The notes under the pieces: generated by a model
What the model saw: only the letters and a program-made list of their open reading frames with translations
The model's database searches: none
Told to the model about the DNA's origin: nothing
In this document: positions 3,757 through 5,613 of the stretch, one piece after another
How positions within the stretch are numbered: the first letter of the stretch is position 1
Layout: each line of letters begins with the position of its first letter
Made by a program: the position numbers and the translations under genes
Virus record (IMG/VR): IMGVR_UViG_3300013902_000158
Location: 1 to 5,613 of that record
Origin: a virus
Reading direction: 5' to 3' (one strand)
Length of the DNA: 5,613 bases

Positions 3757-4568
3757 TTGTTGTAGTTGTGGTTTATTACAGGTGCTTTTTTTGTTGCGCC
3801 CGCTGCGAATGGTATGATATTTGCGACCTCGTTGAAGGTTAATCCCATTGCTTTCATTGCTTGTCCGAATCTTGTGCTATAAAAAGCGTTTTCGATTTCG
3901 GCTTGTTTTTCTCTGTTGAGGTTTTCCATTTTAATTGCCGTCAATTCTGATATCTGTTTCTTTTCTTCGATACTCAGTAGTTCGTATTGTTTTTTGACAT
4001 TTTGGATTTCAGCGTTTTTCTTTTCAGTTTCCGCTTGCAGGTTTTGAGTGTTCGCCTGAGTTTCCGTTGCTTGTGCTGATTTGACTGCTGTATCTGCTGC
4101 AATGTTGGAAATTTCGGCTTTTGATTTGCCGTCAATGTATTTGTTTTCAGAGAATGTTTTCGCCGCCGCCGCGATTGAATTGATGCTGCCGCTTACTGCT
4201 CCGATAGCGTTGCCAACTTTGCTCATGGTGTCTGCTCCTGATGGTTCAGGTGTCATTGTTGCTTGCGCCCCCGGGCCGGTTTGTGCGCCGGTTTGTGCCG
4301 CTGCCGCTGGATTTAGTCCTGCCAGTGCTAAATCTTCTTTTTCTCGTTGATGCGCTGTGTTTGCCATCATTTCTTGCCATTCACGGTTCTTTTGTGCTTC
4401 TTCCGCGTTGGCTTTGTTTGTTTCACGTGTTTGTGCTGCTCCTGTGAATTTGTCCCATGTGTTGCTTATTATGTTTTGACCGCGTTCAGTCAATGCTAGT
4501 GATGTGCCTGCTGTAAATGGTGCTGCTACGTAGCCGACTACATTTCCTAATTCTTTCCAAAAGCCCAT
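3747..4568 (-). CDS. VP2: DNA pilot (minor capsid) protein VP2 (phiX174 H analogue), 273 aa
   Basis: Track ORF with a strong SD (AAAAGGAGTTAAAAA-ATG). The block NREWQEMMANTAHQREKEDLALAGLNPAAA matches the conserved gokushovirus VP2 block as I recall it (SNTA-x-QR-x-x-x-D-x-x-x-AGLNP). It is followed by an Ala/Gly/Gln/Thr-rich linker and a long coiled coil. It lies immediately downstream of VP1. Confidence 0.88.
   Translation of the reverse strand: MGFWKELGNVVGYVAAPFTAGTSLALTERGQNIISNTWDKFTGAAQTRETNKANAEEAQKNREWQEMMANTAHQREKEDLALAGLNPAAAAQTGAQTGPGAQATMTPEPSGADTMSKVGNAIGAVSGSINSIAAAAKTFSENKYIDGKSKAEISNIAADTAVKSAQATETQANTQNLQAETEKKNAEIQNVKKQYELLSIEEKKQISELTAIKMENLNREKQAEIENAFYSTRFGQAMKAMGLTFNEVANIIPFAAGATKKAPVINHNYNNYM
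3749..3792 (+). terminator. Weak intrinsic-terminator-like hairpin plus T7 run just after the 38-aa ORF
   Basis: The TGTAAT/ATTACA stem is 3752-3757/3775-3780, extended by AC/GT (3749-3750/3782-3783) across one mismatch, with a 17-nt loop. It is followed by C and TTTTTTT (3786-3792). The stem is AT-rich and the T-run also encodes Lys-Lys of VP2 on the other strand, so it may be coincidental. Confidence 0.25.
4275..4298. repeat. Perfect 12-nt tandem duplication inside VP2
   Basis: GCCGGTTTGTGC occurs at 4275-4286 and again at 4287-4298. It is in frame and encodes AQTG-AQTG within the low-complexity linker AAAAQTGAQTGPGAQAT. Confidence 0.9.
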
Positions 4569-4590
4569 TTTTTAACTCCTTTTCTTAAAT

Positions 4591-4606
4591 GCCCCCTTTC
4601 GGGGGC
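4591..4606 (-). terminator. GC stem-loop between VP1 and VP2 (possible attenuator or mRNA-stabilising hairpin)
   Basis: The minus strand reads GCCCCC-GAAA-GGGGGC, a 6-bp all-GC stem with a GNRA-type tetraloop. It lies 6 nt after the VP1 stop and is followed by ATTTAAG, so the T tail is short. The VP2 SD begins about 10 nt downstream. Confidence 0.5.
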
Positions 4607-4612
4607 TGTTTA

Positions 4613-5613
4613 TTAAATACGGTCGATGCCCGGTATGCTGTGCAGTGGAATTGTGTCAGTGATTTCAAATTCAGCCACAAAGTCCACCAACCACTGATTG
4701 GCATTTTCTGATGTAACGAAGATTGTACGGTCAGTGTTGCTTGGATTTTCTTTCATCCATGCATTTGACAGTGTTGGCATTTCTTCGTATTTGTCTGCCA
4801 TGTGTACATAGTCCATGGTTTGTTCATAGTTTGAGCGTATTTGACCAGTAATCAATGACATGTAGTTTTTATATTCTGCTCCGCGCTCTGCGTAACCGAA
4901 TATTGATTTGGTTGCCATTGTTCCGTTTGCGCCGCCAGTTGCCCACAGTTCGTAATCGTAGATTGGTTGGTCACCTAAGCCCGCAAATTCTGGATGCCAG
5001 AAGTCGAACCGGTCTTCTTTCATGTCTTCTTGTGGAATACCGTATTGGTATTTGTGTTCGAAACGGATTGCAACCAAACACATCAGAGTACCTGCGTATT
5101 TGAAACTGAATGTTTCTTGTTCACTGCGGTTGTTTGTGTAACCGAATGCAGTAATTGTGCCCTGTGGAGATGTTGTGTCTGTTGCTGATGTCTGTGTGAC
5201 TTGATTGAATTCGATTGGGAATCTGCCCATATTCAGAATACGTGGACGTCCTAATTCCAGTACGTCAACCTCGACGCCCCAACGCGCCCACAGCATTTCC
5301 GGTGCACGTGTACCGCTGCGTGAATCTCTCTCGTAAATGTGCAGTGTTGTGATACTGTCTCGGATTTGTTGCAGTTTCGGCATTTTAATTTCAAGGTTGA
5401 ATGCTGAATTTTGTGTTTTTGTGGAATCACTGATGTTTTTGTACCATCCGATAGTTCCAATTTCTGATGTACCAGTCGCGCCGCCTGTTTTGGCGTTTCG
5501 TATCATGATTGTTTCGTTCGGGTCAACTTGTGCTTGTTGTTGTTCAGTTATTTTTATACCTGGGTAGTCGCTCCCCAATGGAATTAATACGTCTGGTCCT
5601 TTTTGCGGTTCTG
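4613..5613 (-). CDS. VP1: Major capsid protein VP1, 3' part (307 codons plus stop from 5536 down to 4613; 5537-5613 duplicates codons already counted in 1-77)
   Basis: The track ORF 4613..5578 is in phase with the 1-690 segment: 42 nt from 5578 to 5537 equals 14 codons, and 690 nt equals 230 codons. Its M at 5578 is a TTG (Leu in PLGSDYPG), so it is an ORF-caller artefact. Total length is 230+307 = 537 aa, typical of gokushovirus VP1. Confidence 0.93.
   Translation of the reverse strand, partial: EPQKGPDVLIPLGSDYPGIKITEQQQAQVDPNETIMIRNAKTGGATGTSEIGTIGWYKNISDSTKTQNSAFNLEIKMPKLQQIRDSITTLHIYERDSRSGTRAPEMLWARWGVEVDVLELGRPRILNMGRFPIEFNQVTQTSATDTTSPQGTITAFGYTNNRSEQETFSFKYAGTLMCLVAIRFEHKYQYGIPQEDMKEDRFDFWHPEFAGLGDQPIYDYELWATGGANGTMATKSIFGYAERGAEYKNYMSLITGQIRSNYEQTMDYVHMADKYEEMPTLSNAWMKENPSNTDRTIFVTSENANQWLVDFVAEFEITDTIPLHSIPGIDRI
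5537..5613. repeat. Terminal redundancy copy 2 (identical to 1-77); signature of a circular-contig overlap
   Basis: Same 77-mer as 1-77. Position 1 corresponds to 5537 and position 77 to 5613. Confidence 0.97.

Larger units (their letters stand above)
1..5536 (-). mobile_element. Complete circular Microviridae (gokushovirus-like) phage genome, unit length 5536 nt, permuted so the window opens inside the capsid gene
   Basis: There is an exact 77-nt terminal redundancy. The capsid reading frame closes in phase across the junction. The core set VP1, VP2 and VP4 (Rep) is present with small accessory ORFs, all on one strand. The size is typical of the family (about 4.4-6.3 kb). Confidence 0.9.

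Noticed and set aside
269-5567. All plus-strand ORFs of at least 60 aa in the track (269-451, 673-1044, 786-1058, 1774-2058, 2145-2504, 2874-3089, 3235-3525, 4081-4350, 4241-4447, 4855-5103, 4994-5188, 5337-5567)
   Set aside because: Each lies antisense to a well-supported minus-strand gene. Their products are Phe/Leu/Cys/Ser-rich low-complexity strings, as expected from translating the T-rich complement. I saw no convincing SD for any of them. They are shadow ORFs.
5576-5578. Start codon assigned by the track to the 321-aa ORF
   Set aside because: It is a TTG encoding Leu in the middle of VP1 (IPLGSDYPG). The frame is open to the window edge and continues across the circular junction to the true ATG at 690.
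1-5613. Search for tRNA or rRNA genes, CRISPR arrays, integrase, transposase or IS ends, and a toxin-antitoxin protein pair
   Set aside because: I found no cloverleaf-capable segments, no regularly spaced repeats, and no ORF with recombinase or transposase motifs. The only long exact repeat is the 77-nt assembly overlap.

Overview
The window is one complete, circularly permuted ssDNA phage genome of the family Microviridae (gokushovirus-like). Bases 1-77 recur exactly at 5537-5613, so the unit length is 5536 nt and the window is cut inside the major capsid gene. All recognisable genes lie on the minus strand; the plus strand is visibly T-rich. Gene order along the minus strand is: Rep/VP4 (3447->2254), a 71-aa coiled-coil ORF, a 93-aa VP5-like protein, an 85-aa ORF, a 37-aa very basic J/VP8-like protein that is absent from the ORF track, a 123-aa acidic-tailed protein, major capsid VP1 (690->1 joined to 5536->4613, 537 aa) and DNA pilot VP2 (4568->3747). 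No tRNA, rRNA, CRISPR, integrase or transposase was seen. The interesting content sits in the two non-coding regions. (1) At the Rep stop codon, two inverted dif-like XerC/XerD sites can fold into a forked hairpin like the CTXphi attP(+) substrate, which suggests integrase-free lysogeny. (2) The 299-nt VP2-Rep spacer holds four back-to-back hairpins and, on the strand opposite every other gene, a near-consensus sigma70 promoter, an SD and a 38-aa single-helix hydrophobic ORF followed by a hairpin and T-run. This is either a hidden antisense membrane-peptide gene or an RNA-polymerase-primed complementary-strand origin. (3) A 61-aa transmembrane ORF overprints the J-like gene and is a lysis-gene candidate. 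(4) A roughly 74% G+C compound hairpin carrying three GTGCGCC copies precedes the 85-aa ORF. All homology statements rest on recalled family motifs, not on database searches.
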